DNA of 63,209 nucleotides, the filler included, from Choristocarpus tenellus KU-1152 (Eukaryota > Protista > Phaeophyceae), in NCBI GenBank assembly GCA_964200185.2. It is 9 parts of 9 records of this genome, joined end to end, with 100 filler letters (N's around TTAATTAATTAA, not from the genome) between each part and the next. Parts side by side here need not be neighbours in the genome. Positions count along the whole stretch, not along the records: positions 59,888 to 63,209 come from CAXNAD020020810.1; 8 more parts are not named here. The stretch is one strand, 5' to 3'. A program made the translations under genes and the position numbers. Under the pieces are notes generated by a model. It was not told the DNA's origin, ran no database searches, and saw only the letters and a program-made list of their open reading frames with translations. Numbering within the stretch: position 1 is the first letter of the stretch; the number at the start of each line of letters is the position of its first letter. Shown in pieces: positions 62,313-63,209 of this stretch.

Positions 62313-63209
62313 CACTAGCAGTACGTTCTAACAGTGAGTGTGATCATTGCGAAGAACATCAAATTTACAGGATTTTTTTTTTTCCAGAACAACAAAATAC
62401 CTTGGACCTTGCTAACGTTAACTATTTCTCATCAAAACACGTACATATCAATGGCATCCACAACATTCACACATTGGGTTTACAATTCCAGCTCTGTTGT
62501 GCAACATAATGGTTTTCAAAATCTTCATGCTCCCGTGTTGGCACCACCTCCTTGTCCTAGTTCACTTGGTTTTGCAACGGCTTGCCTCTTAACTACTACC
62601 CAGTACTTGGAGGTAACCATGCAACTCAGAGGTGAACTGCAGGGTAAACAATGATGTCACAATAGACCGTCATCATGGCACACTGCATTCAAGCACCACA
62701 ACACGGCCTCATAAAAAGGAAAATTCCCTCAAAGCCTCAGCTCAAAAAAAATCTCAGCTGTACCCCAAACCAATCCATCCCACAGTTCAAATCTCCACCA
62801 CCTCCAGAACAAGCTCCTCACACACCAGATAACTCTTGACATTATTGCTGTTGCAAGCCCCACCTCAAACCATCAGTATCTTCGTCAAATTTCAATCAAC
62901 TCTAAAATCATCACGAGCATCCACTCAAGCAATCCACAACACTAGGTATTCCTGTTGGGACCAGTCAAACACTCCATCCCTCCCCCTCCCTCAAGAAAAA
63001 TCCAATGTTTGCTCTCAATGCACCATCACCCATCTCACCTGCCCCTCCACCACATCCACTGTACCCCCCCACTGCCGTATCGATGGCTGTCTCGTCCTCA
63101 GCACCCCGAGCACAGGCCCCGGGGAGGGGGGCAAGCCCAAGAGATTGAACTGACCAGATGTAGTTGCCAAAAGGTCACCACTGCCTAATCCCCGCCCCCC
63201 CCCCCTTTC

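Overview
This is eukaryotic DNA, not one continuous locus. Nine short contigs are joined by artificial 100-bp spacers (N44-TTAATTAATTAA-N44), and most contig ends fall in poly-G/C tracts or in a MITE. Intron-rich genes, a bipartite plastid-type signal and the transposon types suggest a photosynthetic stramenopile, probably a brown alga (inference). Host genes read by hand: ARP2; the 3' part of PMS2/PMS1; a membrane-anchored sulfotransferase; an 11-exon HEAT/ARM protein; a small TPR protein; the 5' part of an S41A (CtpA-type) protease; an NRBF2/Atg38-like MIT protein; a PG-repeat (SHIPPO-like) protein; and two unassigned partial genes. Mobile DNA: a near-complete decayed Ty1/copia, a decayed chromodomain Ty3/gypsy, a DD39D mariner fragment, CRE-like non-LTR 3' ends with AATA-starting target-site duplications (TSDs), three related MITE families, and a dispersed coding repeat carrying a degenerate RING finger. 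No CRISPR array, rRNA or intact tRNA was found. I cannot support a wholly new system; the best leads are the uncharacterised mobile-element families. All calls are by eye, without database searches.
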